Part shown: piece after piece, positions 29,639 to 40,396 of the stretch | Numbering within the stretch: position 1 is the stretch's first letter | Layout: each line of letters begins with the position of its first letter | Assembly (NCBI GenBank): GCA_029977385.1 | Contig: JAPOKZ010000002.1 | Location: 15,492 to 79,491, forward strand | Source of the DNA: Methanobacteriota archaeon | GTDB taxonomy: Archaea; Thermoplasmatota; Poseidoniia; Poseidoniales; Thalassarchaeaceae | Length of the DNA stretch: 64,000 nt | Direction: 5' to 3' | Program-made: the position numbers and the translations under genes | Notes under the pieces: model-generated | Told to the model about the DNA's origin: nothing | What the model saw: the letters and a program-made list of their open reading frames with translations, nothing else | Database searches by the model: none

Positions 29639-30100
29639 TCAATCTTCCTCGTAGGGTCCACCTTCTGTTCCGGGCCAAAGGTCAAGGATTCTTGCGATAA
29701 TCTTTCTAGTTCCGTCAAGATCGTCAGATAGACCTTCAACTCTTGTTACTTTTACGTGTTCGAATCCATGCTGATCCAATCCTTTCCTGATTGCGTCGAT
29801 AGAGTGCTTCTGGTCGTAACCCAAGGCGATTAAATCAGGATCTATCTTCTTTAGAATATCGAAAATAGGCACTCCAGGGGGATTACCAATTATTGCCTTA
29901 TTTACGGGTTTTAGCCCCTCCACCATTCTCCTCCTCAACTCCTGGCCGGTAACTGGCTCGTGTTTTTGCTTCCTCACTGTTTCATCATGCGCAATTACGA
30001 CAACTAGCTCCTCTCCAAGTGATTTCGCTTGCTCGACATAGTGCAGATGGCCAGCATGTAGTAAATCGAAGATACCCACTGCCATCACCTTAGTCATCAT
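29639..30100 (-). CDS. ribL: Archaeal FAD synthase
   Basis: G.FDLLHAGH (HxGH), LVVVIAHD and IALGYDQ; rib operon context. Confidence 0.88.
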   Translation of the reverse strand: MMTKVMAVGIFDLLHAGHLHYVEQAKSLGEELVVVIAHDETVRKQKHEPVTGQELRRRMVEGLKPVNKAIIGNPPGVPIFDILKKIDPDLIALGYDQKHSIDAIRKGLDQHGFEHVKVTRVEGLSDDLDGTRKIIARILDLWPGTEGGPYEED

Positions 30101-30122
30101 CCAGCCTCCTCAGATTCCTCGC

Positions 30123-30836
30123 CTAATCTTTTTCATTGAAAATTGTAGAAATCTGCTCACCGGTAATCATGGGGATGCCATACTTGCTCGCATAAGCCCT
30201 AGCTCCTTCCAATGATAAAGCGCCGTCTCCCTCTGGTTCAAGCATCTCCGCGCCGATCGTACAAGCGGTCAAACCCGCCAATCTTGCTATTGAAACGGCA
30301 AGCTCCGTATGGCCCTGACGCGTCTTTAGACCGCCGGGGGACTCTCTGCATACAGGGATATGTCCTGGGGTTCTGAACTCCTTCCCAAGCCTTTCCTTCG
30401 CCTTAGCCCCATCTTCTCCATTTTCGATCAGTTCTCCAGATAATTCTCCGAATCTCCTCGTTGTTAGTGATCTGTCTCTATCCGTAATTCCAGTGTATGT
30501 CTCTCTGTGGTTCAGTGAAAGAGTGAAGGCGGATCTTGAGTCATACTGGAGATCATTAGTTACTAGATGTCCCAAGACGGGGTTCTCTGCTACCAAAGAC
30601 TCGTGCGAGTGAATATCCTGCAACCAAGGAAGTCCAAACATTTCCCCAATCTCGTTACCTATGGCAAGGAATAGAAGGCCCCCACAGTCGTTTCTGAGTC
30701 TTCTAATCACTTCTGGCGTTGCTGCTGCTGCATGCCAAAGAAGGTCGGTTTCCATCTCTCGATAGTCCGAATCGTAAATCATCACAGGCCTTCCAGATTT
30801 GAAGGCAGATATCGCCTCGCCCACCCCATTGTCCAT
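30123..30836 (-). CDS. ribB: 3,4-dihydroxy-2-butanone-4-phosphate synthase (archaeal type)
   Basis: YDSD.RE.ETD, SAFTLSLNH..TYTGITD.DR, FRTPGH and RQGHTE; ATG at 30836. Confidence 0.92.
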   Translation of the reverse strand: MDNGVGEAISAFKSGRPVMIYDSDYREMETDLLWHAAAATPEVIRRLRNDCGGLLFLAIGNEIGEMFGLPWLQDIHSHESLVAENPVLGHLVTNDLQYDSRSAFTLSLNHRETYTGITDRDRSLTTRRFGELSGELIENGEDGAKAKERLGKEFRTPGHIPVCRESPGGLKTRQGHTELAVSIARLAGLTACTIGAEMLEPEGDGALSLEGARAYASKYGIPMITGEQISTIFNEKD

Positions 30837-30913
30837 GCCACGCGGAGAGGTCATTGATACCCGATATTTTCGGTCTAGAAAAAGTGATGTCTTCGAGCCT
30901 CTGGGGTTATCCC

Positions 30914-31780
30914 GTGAGTGACCCCCTGGAATCCTCGGCTCCATTGCGGGTGGATTTAGCAGGAGGGTGGACTGACGTACACCCATACCCTACAGATTTC
31001 GGAGGGGAGGTGGTAAACTTCGCAATAAAGCATAGAGTAACGATCAGGAAACTTGAGGAGGGGGAAAATTCAGACCTAGAATTCAACTTTCCAGTACCTC
31101 GCGGTTCTGGTCTGGGCACCAGTTCGGCGATGAATGTTGCATTGGCAGCCCTCAATTCGCCCAGTCAATTAGAGAAACCTGAGGAAATAGCCGAGCAAGC
31201 ATTTGTTTCTGAATCACAACAAAATCGCTGTGGAAGGCAAGATCATTGGGCTTCCGCTATCGGCGGATTTAATCATCTTCTTTTTATTGGAGACTCGGTT
31301 GAAAGGATGCCATTCGAGCCAATGAAATCATCTCTAAACTGGCTGAAGAAGCACATGGTAATTTCTTATTCAGGAATTAGCAGAAATTCGGGGGAAATCC
31401 AGGAATCAGTATGGTCTAGGTATTCAAATGGGGATGAGAGAGTTGTCCAAGGTTTGCACAAAATTAGGAGCTCTGCTAGAGAAATGGCAAATGGTTTGCA
31501 ACAGGATAGGAGAGATCTGGTAGTTTCCTCATTGAGGGGGGTCTGCGAGGGCGTCGATATGATAGATCCAACAATACACGATCCGTTTCGAGGTGTTGTC
31601 ATGCATTTGATTGAGTCTGGATCGATTGTGGCATGGAAGGCGCTAGGTGCTGGCGGAGGGGGTTGTTCCGCATTACTTTGCTCACCTAATGGCAAGGAAT
31701 ATGCGACTCAGTACATCGAGAACCAGGGTTGGAAAATCATGGATTGGGACTACGATGAGCAAGGAGTTCAGGTTATTTGA
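30914..31780 (+). CDS. GHMP sugar kinase (HddA/fucokinase-like)
   Basis: APLRVDLAGGWTD, PRGSGLGTSS, GRQD and GAGGGG. Confidence 0.8.
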   Translation: MSDPLESSAPLRVDLAGGWTDVHPYPTDFGGEVVNFAIKHRVTIRKLEEGENSDLEFNFPVPRGSGLGTSSAMNVALAALNSPSQLEKPEEIAEQAFVSESQQNRCGRQDHWASAIGGFNHLLFIGDSVERMPFEPMKSSLNWLKKHMVISYSGISRNSGEIQESVWSRYSNGDERVVQGLHKIRSSAREMANGLQQDRRDLVVSSLRGVCEGVDMIDPTIHDPFRGVVMHLIESGSIVAWKALGAGGGGCSALLCSPNGKEYATQYIENQGWKIMDWDYDEQGVQVI

Positions 31781-31829
31781 TGAATATTGTAGTCCTAAAT
31801 CTCAAACATGACCAATTGTCCGAGCACCT

Positions 31830-34800
31830 ATGGCCGGACGCCGTTCGATGTTTTTCCCTCTGGCTCTTTTGGTCCTAATCGCCCCTATGGCGTCTTCCTC
31901 TATCTGGGTTGAAGAGATCCCTAAAGGTGGTTTTGATGCCGAAGGAAAGTGGTCCCCATCGGTGGAGTCAGACATCCATTGGGAATGGTGGACACATTGG
32001 AGTAGGGACAAGGATTCTAACTCCATTGACGATAGACTGGAATGGCTAATTGAGCAACCTGAGGAAGTCAAGAGAGATTGGTGGAGGCGTGCTCCGGATG
32101 GACACGCTAGGATATTCGTAGACTACGATCACCACCCAACGGACGCCGATATTTCCGCCTTGGAGTCACTAGGAGTGGAAGTTACTTTCAGGTTCGGATA
32201 CCTCAATACGGTTTCAGCTACTTCACCAGTGTCTTCAATATTGGACGATGATGGAATCAGATCACTCAGTGGGGTTGTGATGATCGAGGACCTCGGACTG
32301 GCCGAGACAAACATGAACGAAGCCGTACCCAACATGGGGGTCGATTCGGTATGGAATGACTTAGGTTTAGACGGAACAGGCTCTGTAATCGCAATTCTCG
32401 ATACTGGTGTTCGTGGTGATCACGAGGGATTGAACGACATGGACGATGACCCGTTTACCTGTATCGATGATCCTCCTGAGCCCGATCCTCTGGATCCTGA
32501 GCCACAGCCAATTCCTGCAGACTGCGATCCAAAGATTATTGCTTTCTTTGATGCAGTTTTCACTGATGATGAACAAGATCCATCCACGTCATATGATTCG
32601 GGCACCCACGGCACTCATGTCGCAGGAATTGCCGCTGGTTCTGGTGGGGGGCAGACAGACCCCGGAACTGGTTCGAGGTATGTCGGTGCTGCGCCAGGGG
32701 CCTATCTGATCAATATCCTCGGGTGTTGTGATGGCGATATTGAGGATGTAATGCAAGGAGCGCAATGGGCTATTGACAATAAAGACAAGTTCGGGATCGA
32801 TATCGTCACCTCCTCCTTGGGGGAACAGCAGTTCGAGGTTCATATCGACAATGACGGGAGTTCAGCTTGGAGCCGCCAGATGGATATGGTCGTCGAGGCG
32901 GGAATCATAACCACGCTCTCGGCGGGTAACGAATTCGGTGGGGCGACACTTGCTGGTTGTAACACGATCGACAGCCCAGGAGACGCTCAGTTACCAGTTA
33001 CAGTGGCCAGTCTTGACAAGGATCTAGGCCTAGCGATTTACAGCAGTCGCGGGTACACCTCGGACTTCAGAGTCAAGCCTGATGTCGCTACTATCGGCTC
33101 CAATATCATGGCTCCCGACGCAGCGACTCAGGATGGTTATACAAGCAAGTCGGGAACTAGCATGGCCACGCCACTTATGGCCGGTATCGCAGCACTGATG
33201 GTTCAAGCAAACCCCGATTTGACACCAACAGAGTTCAAGGATATCATTTCCGCTCACTCAATTGAGAGGGATATCCAACTCTTGAACGATCCAGGATTCA
33301 ACGACTGCAGCGTCCTAGAAACCCGTCCCGATAATGAGTTCGGTTATGGCCAGGCCGACCCAACCGCCTTCGTCGAGGCGGCTGGAAGCATAGATAGGTC
33401 ACTGAACGTGTCAATGGAAGTCTCCACTCTGCAAGAAATAGGGAACGAGAGCTATGTCACAGGCACCTCCAGTGGAGCAGCCCCGGGTACTGGGCTAGTT
33501 GAGATCAAGGTAGGGGGAGGGGCTTGGTCGGGAGCAGCAGACCTTTCCAAGGACGGGGACTGGTCGTCTTGGAGCATAAAATTAGACCCTCATGAAAAAT
33601 CAGGAAACTCGACAATTTATGCTAGGTTGGTAGTTTCAGATGACAGTATCTCTCCAGTGGATGCCAGGAGGGTGATATTGGTAGATGCTCAATTTTCTGG
33701 CTCATCATCATCCTCAGGATTGACAAACCTAGGACCAATTGCCTTCTTTGTTCCCTTCCTCCTTGCAATAGTACTGGTTTTGTTTGTCGGTAGGAGGGAA
33801 GAGTGGCTACAAAGCCTAACCTCTACTCCGAGTGACGAAACTCAAGAAATTTCGACTTCGCCCGCGGAGCCAGAGGAAACCTTGTCTTGGTCCGAGAGAA
33901 TGTCGAAAAACATAACCGAGCTAGGCAAGGGAGGGGCGATAACTGAGAATCCGATCAAGAGAGTGCTAACTCTTTGCCTCCTATACTTCGCTCAAGGTCT
34001 CCCTTCAGGTTTCGCAAGTGTGACCTTTGCTGCATATCTAGTAGCAAACGGTGTTTCAGTGCCTGAGATAGCGATTCTTTTCGCTACTGTATCCCTCCCA
34101 TGGACCTTCAAGTGGATTTGGGGGCCTGTAGTTGATTCAGTTTACATTGAGAAATATGGCCCTCGAAGGCAATGGATCGTGTTCGCCCAAACCGGAATGG
34201 CACTTACTCTGGGCTCCTTGCTCCTAGTTCCGGACTTGAATGGGCAAATCGACCTGGTTGCGAGAATCTTATTCGTTCACAACATATTCTCATCTCTTCA
34301 GGACGTAGCCACAGATGCTCTCGCCGTTGAGGTCCTAGAACCTGATGAGGTAGCTAGGGTGAATGGCCTCATGTTCGCCGCAAAGAGGGTGGGGATTATC
34401 TTCGGAGGGGCAGTACTGGGGGTATTAATCACCAAGATAGGGATCTCTGGAGTCATAGCCGCGCAATTAGTGATGCTTGTATTCATCATCATGGTGCCAC
34501 TTTTCATGGTCGAGAAGCCCGGAGTCCAACTGTTCCCGTGGTCTAGAACTACGGATGTCACCGAATCACTCGATTCAAGGTCTGAATCCGGAGCATTGGT
34601 GGCTGAGGTGGTGGAGGAATCAGAAGAGGCTCCGTGGGAACAAGAGGAAGTGTTCCGAGTAGCAAGAACGGTCGGGTACAGTATTGCCGACAACCGAGTA
34701 TCACTCGCCTCCTTCTTCGCAGTTTCCGGAGTCTGCATTTGGCTGTTCGGCTTTGTGCTTGATGTCTTCACCGTGGACTGGGGCTTCGGTAAGAATGTCC

Positions 34801-35741
34801 GAATAGGATTCCCGGCACTAGATGCCAAACAAATCCTCGGATTCGACCTCAGGCCATGGTCTGGAACAAATAGGATCAGCCTCGCACTCATCGTCCTATC
34901 GGTAATTTCGATGGGTAGCTCCAGACTCATTTCACCACAATCAAAAGAATCTATGCCAAACCCACTCGCGCTGATTTTAGCTCCACTCGGTGCAACATCG
35001 AGACATTTAGATCCAGAGTCTATTCGAAAAACGGTCGCGAGAACATCATTCTACCTGACCAAGGCCTTCTCAGTCCGGTCAGCGTTTCTGCTGGTAATTG
35101 CTGGGCTTTTGGGTGAGCTTTACTACTTCACTTCGCCCATATATGTTGATATCTTCATCAATGAGGCAGGATGGTCTCAGAGTAAGTACAACGGGATAGT
35201 AGGTGGGATTGCCTTGCTAGGATCGGTTTCGGGACAGATAATCGGAGGGGTCCTCGGGGATAAGTTCGGGATTCGTAGAGTAGCTATGGTCTCCTTCTTG
35301 GTTCTAGCCCTGGCAAACGCCACTTTCGCTTTCTTGGAGCCCATGTGGGGGAATACCTTGGTCATGACGGTGTACCTAATAGGCCAGTACTTCGTAGCTG
35401 GAATCGCTCTCATTTGTATTATTTCGCTTTGTATGAGGCTGACATGGAGTAAGGTCGGAGGGACACAGTTCACTGCATACATGTCTATTCTGAACACCTC
35501 CGTAGTTTTCGCATACACTTTGACAGAGAAGATGATATCTATCTTCAACTACACTTCTGCGATCTATATCGGTGCCGCCCTGACTCTCGTCACCACCTTC
35601 TTCCTACTCTTCATCGATGAGAATGAGACCGATCGCGTCCTCGAGGGCAGAGGTGGTGGTGACGACGAATTCGATGACCTAGGGGAATCTCTCTGGTGGG
35701 ACTCCGAAGAAGGAGGCGAGAAGCCTGTCGCAAGTGCATGA
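31830..35741 (+). CDS. S8 subtilase fused to AmpG-like MFS transporter
   Basis: Signal peptide, ILDTG / HGTHVAG / SGTSMATP triad, Ig-like domain and TM, then LYFAQGLP, PWTFKWIWGPVVD, RRQWI and QDVATDALAVE. Confidence 0.85.
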   Translation: MAGRRSMFFPLALLVLIAPMASSSIWVEEIPKGGFDAEGKWSPSVESDIHWEWWTHWSRDKDSNSIDDRLEWLIEQPEEVKRDWWRRAPDGHARIFVDYDHHPTDADISALESLGVEVTFRFGYLNTVSATSPVSSILDDDGIRSLSGVVMIEDLGLAETNMNEAVPNMGVDSVWNDLGLDGTGSVIAILDTGVRGDHEGLNDMDDDPFTCIDDPPEPDPLDPEPQPIPADCDPKIIAFFDAVFTDDEQDPSTSYDSGTHGTHVAGIAAGSGGGQTDPGTGSRYVGAAPGAYLINILGCCDGDIEDVMQGAQWAIDNKDKFGIDIVTSSLGEQQFEVHIDNDGSSAWSRQMDMVVEAGIITTLSAGNEFGGATLAGCNTIDSPGDAQLPVTVASLDKDLGLAIYSSRGYTSDFRVKPDVATIGSNIMAPDAATQDGYTSKSGTSMATPLMAGIAALMVQANPDLTPTEFKDIISAHSIERDIQLLNDPGFNDCSVLETRPDNEFGYGQADPTAFVEAAGSIDRSLNVSMEVSTLQEIGNESYVTGTSSGAAPGTGLVEIKVGGGAWSGAADLSKDGDWSSWSIKLDPHEKSGNSTIYARLVVSDDSISPVDARRVILVDAQFSGSSSSSGLTNLGPIAFFVPFLLAIVLVLFVGRREEWLQSLTSTPSDETQEISTSPAEPEETLSWSERMSKNITELGKGGAITENPIKRVLTLCLLYFAQGLPSGFASVTFAAYLVANGVSVPEIAILFATVSLPWTFKWIWGPVVDSVYIEKYGPRRQWIVFAQTGMALTLGSLLLVPDLNGQIDLVARILFVHNIFSSLQDVATDALAVEVLEPDEVARVNGLMFAAKRVGIIFGGAVLGVLITKIGISGVIAAQLVMLVFIIMVPLFMVEKPGVQLFPWSRTTDVTESLDSRSESGALVAEVVEESEEAPWEQEEVFRVARTVGYSIADNRVSLASFFAVSGVCIWLFGFVLDVFTVDWGFGKNVRIGFPALDAKQILGFDLRPWSGTNRISLALIVLSVISMGSSRLISPQSKESMPNPLALILAPLGATSRHLDPESIRKTVARTSFYLTKAFSVRSAFLLVIAGLLGELYYFTSPIYVDIFINEAGWSQSKYNGIVGGIALLGSVSGQIIGGVLGDKFGIRRVAMVSFLVLALANATFAFLEPMWGNTLVMTVYLIGQYFVAGIALICIISLCMRLTWSKVGGTQFTAYMSILNTSVVFAYTLTEKMISIFNYTSAIYIGAALTLVTTFFLLFIDENETDRVLEGRGGGDDEFDDLGESLWWDSEEGGEKPVASA

Positions 35742-35991
35742 ATTCCTACAGGAGGCCGACGAAGACTTCGTGGTCTTCACACAGACAATATGCCCATACT
35801 GCACACGGGCTTTCAGAACCCTGGATTCCAAGGGTCTGACATACATAGAGGTGAATCTGGATAACTTCGAAGGACTTCGAAGGGAAGTAGTAATGGAGAC
35901 CGGTCATCGAACAGTCCCCGTAATTTTCGATATGCGGGGTGGACACCCCGTATTCGTCGGAGGTTCAGACAACCTTCTGGAATACCTCTAG
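35734..35991 (+). CDS. Glutaredoxin
   Basis: CPYC, RTVP.IF and VGGSD. Confidence 0.9.
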   Translation: MHEFLQEADEDFVVFTQTICPYCTRAFRTLDSKGLTYIEVNLDNFEGLRREVVMETGHRTVPVIFDMRGGHPVFVGGSDNLLEYL

Positions 35992-36947
35992 AGTGACCAA
36001 GACTGGGTTATTCCACCTGCAATTCTGACTCTCAAGAATGTTGATCCACCTGTGAAGGTCGCAGTCAGGGTGTATTCTCCAGAAGGATATGGGATCGTAC
36101 CTAGGGTGCCCATCTCACTTGCTCCGGGCCCCCAAATCCTCTCAAGTACCGAAATTGACATATGGTCCCTCAAGGTAAAGGAGATGGATGATCCAGAGCC
36201 ACATTCTGCGTCGATGAAGTAGATCATCTCATCCCAGTCTCCATCGCTGGGGTGGTCACTAACGAGGAAAGTATCTCTGAACTCAATGTCATTCCCCGGG
36301 TCTTCCCAAGTTTCGCTGAATAGATCCCCTCCTCTGACAAAGTAGACGTCTCCGGTATGTCCAGAACCCGAGTCAGACAACATCATCCTAAGGTTAGAGT
36401 CTCCTGCAGGATTCTTCCACGTGAATGACTGGAAGAAGCCAATTTCGCTGTCGAAAACGTAATCCAGCCTCGAACCATCATCGGAGTTCGCAATTACTAC
36501 TGCTGTGCTTCCTGAAACATCCGAAACGAAGGCACTCCATTCTGTTGAGAAAAGGGTGAATGTCCATGGCTCTCCTTGCTTTAGGGGAAAGCTCAGTACT
36601 TGCTGTGGGGCGCCGTTTTCGAACGCACCAAGATCAGAATGCGTAATCCTCCCAAGGAATGGATTGTGGTTCAGTACGGCATGCCTCCTAGCCTCGGTAA
36701 GACTGGATATAGCTAGCATATACGCAGTCCCGTCCTCTTCACTCGTACTTGCTACTACCAGTCTCGCAGTGTCGTCACTGTAGTCTGGGGTTGAGAATGT
36801 GTACAGCCACCAGTCTCCCGTCTCCCATGTGGGCAGCTCAATCTCATTCGATCCACTTCCACTTACTCCTGAGGATCCTCCTGTACAACCGACAAGGGAG
36901 AAAGAAAGAATGACTACGACCATTGCCAACGCGCGATACCCGCTCAT
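35988..36947 (-). CDS. Hypothetical lipoprotein
   Basis: Lipobox LVGC, Gly/Ser linker and PTWETGDWWLY motif. Confidence 0.75.
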   Translation of the reverse strand: MSGYRALAMVVVILSFSLVGCTGGSSGVSGSGSNEIELPTWETGDWWLYTFSTPDYSDDTARLVVASTSEEDGTAYMLAISSLTEARRHAVLNHNPFLGRITHSDLGAFENGAPQQVLSFPLKQGEPWTFTLFSTEWSAFVSDVSGSTAVVIANSDDGSRLDYVFDSEIGFFQSFTWKNPAGDSNLRMMLSDSGSGHTGDVYFVRGGDLFSETWEDPGNDIEFRDTFLVSDHPSDGDWDEMIYFIDAECGSGSSISFTLRDHMSISVLERIWGPGASEMGTLGTIPYPSGEYTLTATFTGGSTFLRVRIAGGITQSWSL

Positions 36948-36998
36948 GGCATACGCTAGAGCTGACCTGTCAAGAGTCTGACGCTCTTTGGTTTAGCC

Positions 36999-39080
36999 TC
37001 AAAGAGCCCCTAGCTCCCCACCTTTCGTCAGCATTCCAGCGATTACAACGCTGACGATACTCATCAGTTTGATCAGGATGTTCAGGGATGGGCCACTAGT
37101 GTCCTTGAATGGGTCTCCAATGGTATCGCCCACCACAGCAGCACCATGGGCTTCGTCGCCCTTTGCAGCGCCCTCTATGTGTCCTTGCTCTATTGCCTTC
37201 TTGGCATTGTCCCAAGCCCCTCCTGCATTTGCCATGAAAAGGGCCATCAGAACACCGCTAGCTGTTGCACCTGCCAGGGTTCCGCCCAGTGCTGCGCTAC
37301 CCAGTAGTAAACCAATTACTACCGGACTCGAAACGGCCACTACGCCTGGCATCACCATTTCCCTAAGAGCCGCCTTGGTGGAGATATCCACGCAGGTGGC
37401 ACTGTCTGGCTCAACTCCCTCTCGACCCTCTAGAAGTCCGTCTATTTCCTTGAACTGCCTCCTTATCTCGGTGATCATGTCTTCGGCTGCTCTTCCAACT
37501 GACTTCATCGTCATCGCCGCGACCACGAATGGTAGTGCAGCACCGATTAGTAGTCCTATTACTACCATAGGCTCCGTCAGACTCAGATCCTCCGCCTCAA
37601 GGTTAGCACTTGTCTTGAAGGCGGCGAAAAGAGCCAGTGCAGTCAATGCCGCACTTCCAATTGCGAATCCCTTGCCGATTGCTGCGGTTGTGTTCCCGAT
37701 CGAGTCGAGCCCATCTGTGATTTCTCTGACATCATCCCCCAGGCCTGACATCTCTGCAATTCCTCCAGCGTTGTCTGCTACTGGGCCATAGGCATCCACA
37801 GTCATGGTTACGCCAACTGTACCCAGCATCCCCATTGCTGCCATTGCAATCCCGTAAAGACCTAGTTCCCCGCCTCCCATGACGTGATTGGCCCCGAAGA
37901 TTCCCGCTGCCATCAGTAAAACTGGGAGGAATACAGATTGCATTCCTACTGCTAGCCCAGCTATTGCATTGGTTGCACTCCCGGTCTTGCTCGCTTCCCC
38001 AATGTAGGGGATGGCCTTTACCTTGAAGAAGAATACATCTTCAATTCCGGTGTAGTACTCAGTAACTAGTCCAATTAGAATTCCAACTAGAGAGCCTATG
38101 GCGACGGCTTGGATTACTGTTGTTGGCAGATCGAGATATTCTAGGACTAAGTAGCCTCCACCGATGAAAAGTGCAGCGGCTATGAATGTGGTATTCCTTA
38201 GTGCTGCTCCAGGATCCATATTCTGCATCGCAGTAATGGAGAATACTCCAATAATCGAAGCGATGTACCCGACCACAGCCAGTACGATTGGAATCATCAG
38301 GTAGTCCGCTGAAACATCGGCATTATCCATTGCAGCTGCAATTACCATTGCTGCGATAATGCTACCTACGAATGATTCGAAGATATCAGCTCCCATTCCC
38401 GCAACGTCTCCGACGTTATCTCCGACGTTGTCCGCAATAACGCCAGGGTTCCTTGGGTCATCCTCGGGAATTCCCGCCTCAACCTTGCCGACAAGATCCG
38501 CACCAACGTCTGCAGCCTTGGTGTAGATGCCGCCTCCAACTCTCGCGAAAAGTGCTATCGAAGAGGCCCCCATTCCGAATCCAGCAATGTTTTCCACTGT
38601 CAGGAACTCGGTTTGAGTTAGGTAGTACATCAGTGAGATTCCGGCTAGCCCCAATCCTCCAACTGCCAGACCCATCACTGCACCCCCATTGTATGATGTG
38701 GTTAGTGCGGCTGATTGGCCACCATCAGCAGCAGCCTGTGCAGTTCGGCCATTTGCGCTAGTTGCAGAGCGCATTCCAGAGAATCCTGCAGCCACGCTGC
38801 AGAGCGCCCCTATGATGAATGCGATCATGGTCTCCATACCGAGACCATTTTCCTCCCCCCCAAGGAGAAGTGCTATTGCCACGATAACAATGAAACCGGA
38901 TAGTAACCGATATTCTGCCCAAAGGAAAGCCATCGCACCATCATAGATTCTCTCAGTAATCTTAGCCACTGTCTCGTTTTCGATCTTTATTGAATTCACC
39001 TTATTGTAAAGGAAATATGCAACAACAAGCCCGAATAGACCCGCTGCAATCCCTATCATCCCTAGTTGTTCTCCATCCAT
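36999..39080 (-). CDS. hppA: Membrane-bound pyrophosphatase, K+-dependent (probably Na+-translocating)
   Basis: [44 protein letters not shown] (Ala variant) and [10 protein letters not shown]. Confidence 0.95.
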   Translation of the reverse strand: MDGEQLGMIGIAAGLFGLVVAYFLYNKVNSIKIENETVAKITERIYDGAMAFLWAEYRLLSGFIVIVAIALLLGGEENGLGMETMIAFIIGALCSVAAGFSGMRSATSANGRTAQAAADGGQSAALTTSYNGGAVMGLAVGGLGLAGISLMYYLTQTEFLTVENIAGFGMGASSIALFARVGGGIYTKAADVGADLVGKVEAGIPEDDPRNPGVIADNVGDNVGDVAGMGADIFESFVGSIIAAMVIAAAMDNADVSADYLMIPIVLAVVGYIASIIGVFSITAMQNMDPGAALRNTTFIAAALFIGGGYLVLEYLDLPTTVIQAVAIGSLVGILIGLVTEYYTGIEDVFFFKVKAIPYIGEASKTGSATNAIAGLAVGMQSVFLPVLLMAAGIFGANHVMGGGELGLYGIAMAAMGMLGTVGVTMTVDAYGPVADNAGGIAEMSGLGDDVREITDGLDSIGNTTAAIGKGFAIGSAALTALALFAAFKTSANLEAEDLSLTEPMVVIGLLIGAALPFVVAAMTMKSVGRAAEDMITEIRRQFKEIDGLLEGREGVEPDSATCVDISTKAALREMVMPGVVAVSSPVVIGLLLGSAALGGTLAGATASGVLMALFMANAGGAWDNAKKAIEQGHIEGAAKGDEAHGAAVVGDTIGDPFKDTSGPSLNILIKLMSIVSVVIAGMLTKGGELGAL

Positions 39081-39157
39081 AGTTACACCATCAGTTCGGC
39101 TCGCCGAATCGAGTGCTCTATTTAATCCAAATCCAATTGCAAAACTACCTTTGCTGT

Positions 39158-40063
39158 TTAGTCAATATTTGAATGTACAACCGAGGCAAACGAATTCAGG
39201 ACCCCTGCTCCGTCGTGTTCCCTTTGGAATGAGGCCATTTCTTCCTCAGAAATGTGGCCCCATTCGAATGCTCTTTCCACCCTAGCTTTGGCTGCTTCGG
39301 GGTGAAACTGGACCCCCCAGGCCGGAAGTCCAGCCCCATCTTCTCCTAAAACCCGAACCGCGGTAACTCTGTTGTGTTCAGCCGAACCAAGTAGCAAGCA
39401 ACTCTCTGGAACTGTCGTAACATGGTCTTGATGGGAGTATAACGCCACGGGGGCCCCGCCCTCGCCGCTTCCTCTGGTGGAAAATAACTCGTCAGATGAG
39501 CCATGTGAATTTAGTGCAAGTTCCCAGACTCCGCTGGACATTGACTCTGCTCTTTCTATTCTGCCTCCAAGAGAGTGACATAGAAGTTGGTGACCAAAGC
39601 AGATTCCCAGAGTTGGGATGCCCATTCTAGATGAGCACCTCATCAGCGCCCCTCCTCCACTCATCCACTCTTCCCACATCGTAACGTTTCTCCTCGATCC
39701 ACTACAGACTACAGCATCAGGCTCAATGGTTCGAATCCAATCCTCAGTCTTTTCATCATCTCCGTGTAAGGGCATTGCTATCCTTCTGAAGACCACCTCA
39801 TTACCATGCATCTCCATGAAACACTCTTCCCAGAATGGATACTCGTAGTCCCATTTAGGAACGTCATCCTCCGAAATTTCCACCAGCCCTTCCTCTTGAG
39901 CCCGTAAACCCGCTTCATCTGATTGCATTTGCGGCGTCACGAGGAGAACCTCAACCGCCCCCATCTCCGCAATTGGCTGTATCACCTCTTGATTGCCACC
40001 ATGCCCAAACTCAGATCTTTCTACCAAGAGGTCGATTAGTATGACTCGCGTAACCCTGTCCAC
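39158..40063 (-). CDS. Class I glutamine amidotransferase-like protein
   Basis: GICFGHQ and QFHPE catalytic motifs; GTG at 40063 avoids overlap with the divergent gene. Confidence 0.8.
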   Translation of the reverse strand: MDRVTRVILIDLLVERSEFGHGGNQEVIQPIAEMGAVEVLLVTPQMQSDEAGLRAQEEGLVEISEDDVPKWDYEYPFWEECFMEMHGNEVVFRRIAMPLHGDDEKTEDWIRTIEPDAVVCSGSRRNVTMWEEWMSGGGALMRCSSRMGIPTLGICFGHQLLCHSLGGRIERAESMSSGVWELALNSHGSSDELFSTRGSGEGGAPVALYSHQDHVTTVPESCLLLGSAEHNRVTAVRVLGEDGAGLPAWGVQFHPEAAKARVERAFEWGHISEEEMASFQREHDGAGVLNSFASVVHSNID

Positions 40064-40120
40064 GTCACTCCGAAGAGGCAATTCTTTGAAAGACTCCCGC
40101 CCTCTAGGAGGGGGTAACAT

Positions 40121-40396
40121 ATGGTCGACAAACAACTCATCCTTGACTCAGTCGGACCTGTCCAGGCTGTTCTAGACGCTCATGATGGAGTGGTAAATGT
40201 GGTTGATACTACTGATGGGGTGATAATGATATCATTGGAGGGTGGCTGTACCGGTTGTAGCGCAACTCCCATGACCGCCATGCAGATTTACTACTCTCTG
40301 ATGAAACTAGATGAGGTTCAGGATGTAGTTTTCGTTAACGGGGAGCTTCCAGACTACATGCGTTCTTTCATCAATGACAAACTAAATTCAGAGTAA
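40121..40396 (+). CDS. NifU/Nfu-like Fe-S carrier domain protein
   Basis: HDG...L.GGCTGC motif. Confidence 0.8.
   Translation: MVDKQLILDSVGPVQAVLDAHDGVVNVVDTTDGVIMISLEGGCTGCSATPMTAMQIYYSLMKLDEVQDVVFVNGELPDYMRSFINDKLNSE

Noticed and set aside
37069..37791. Long antisense ORFs (also 6548-7225, 34298-34930, 48258-49031, 58598-59173)
   Set aside because: Ser/Pro/Ile-rich shadows of well-supported genes on the opposite strand, with no motifs
39728..39738. GGTTCGAATCC, a tRNA T-loop-like string
   Set aside because: Inside the amidotransferase CDS; no cloverleaf stems around it
40118..40135. Head-to-head overlap or back-to-back ATGs of the amidotransferase and nifU-like genes
   Set aside because: Resolved by the GTG start at 40063, which leaves a 57-bp divergent promoter; similar over-extended ORF starts at 3610, 17200, 29678, 30986, 55157, 56122 and 62376 were trimmed
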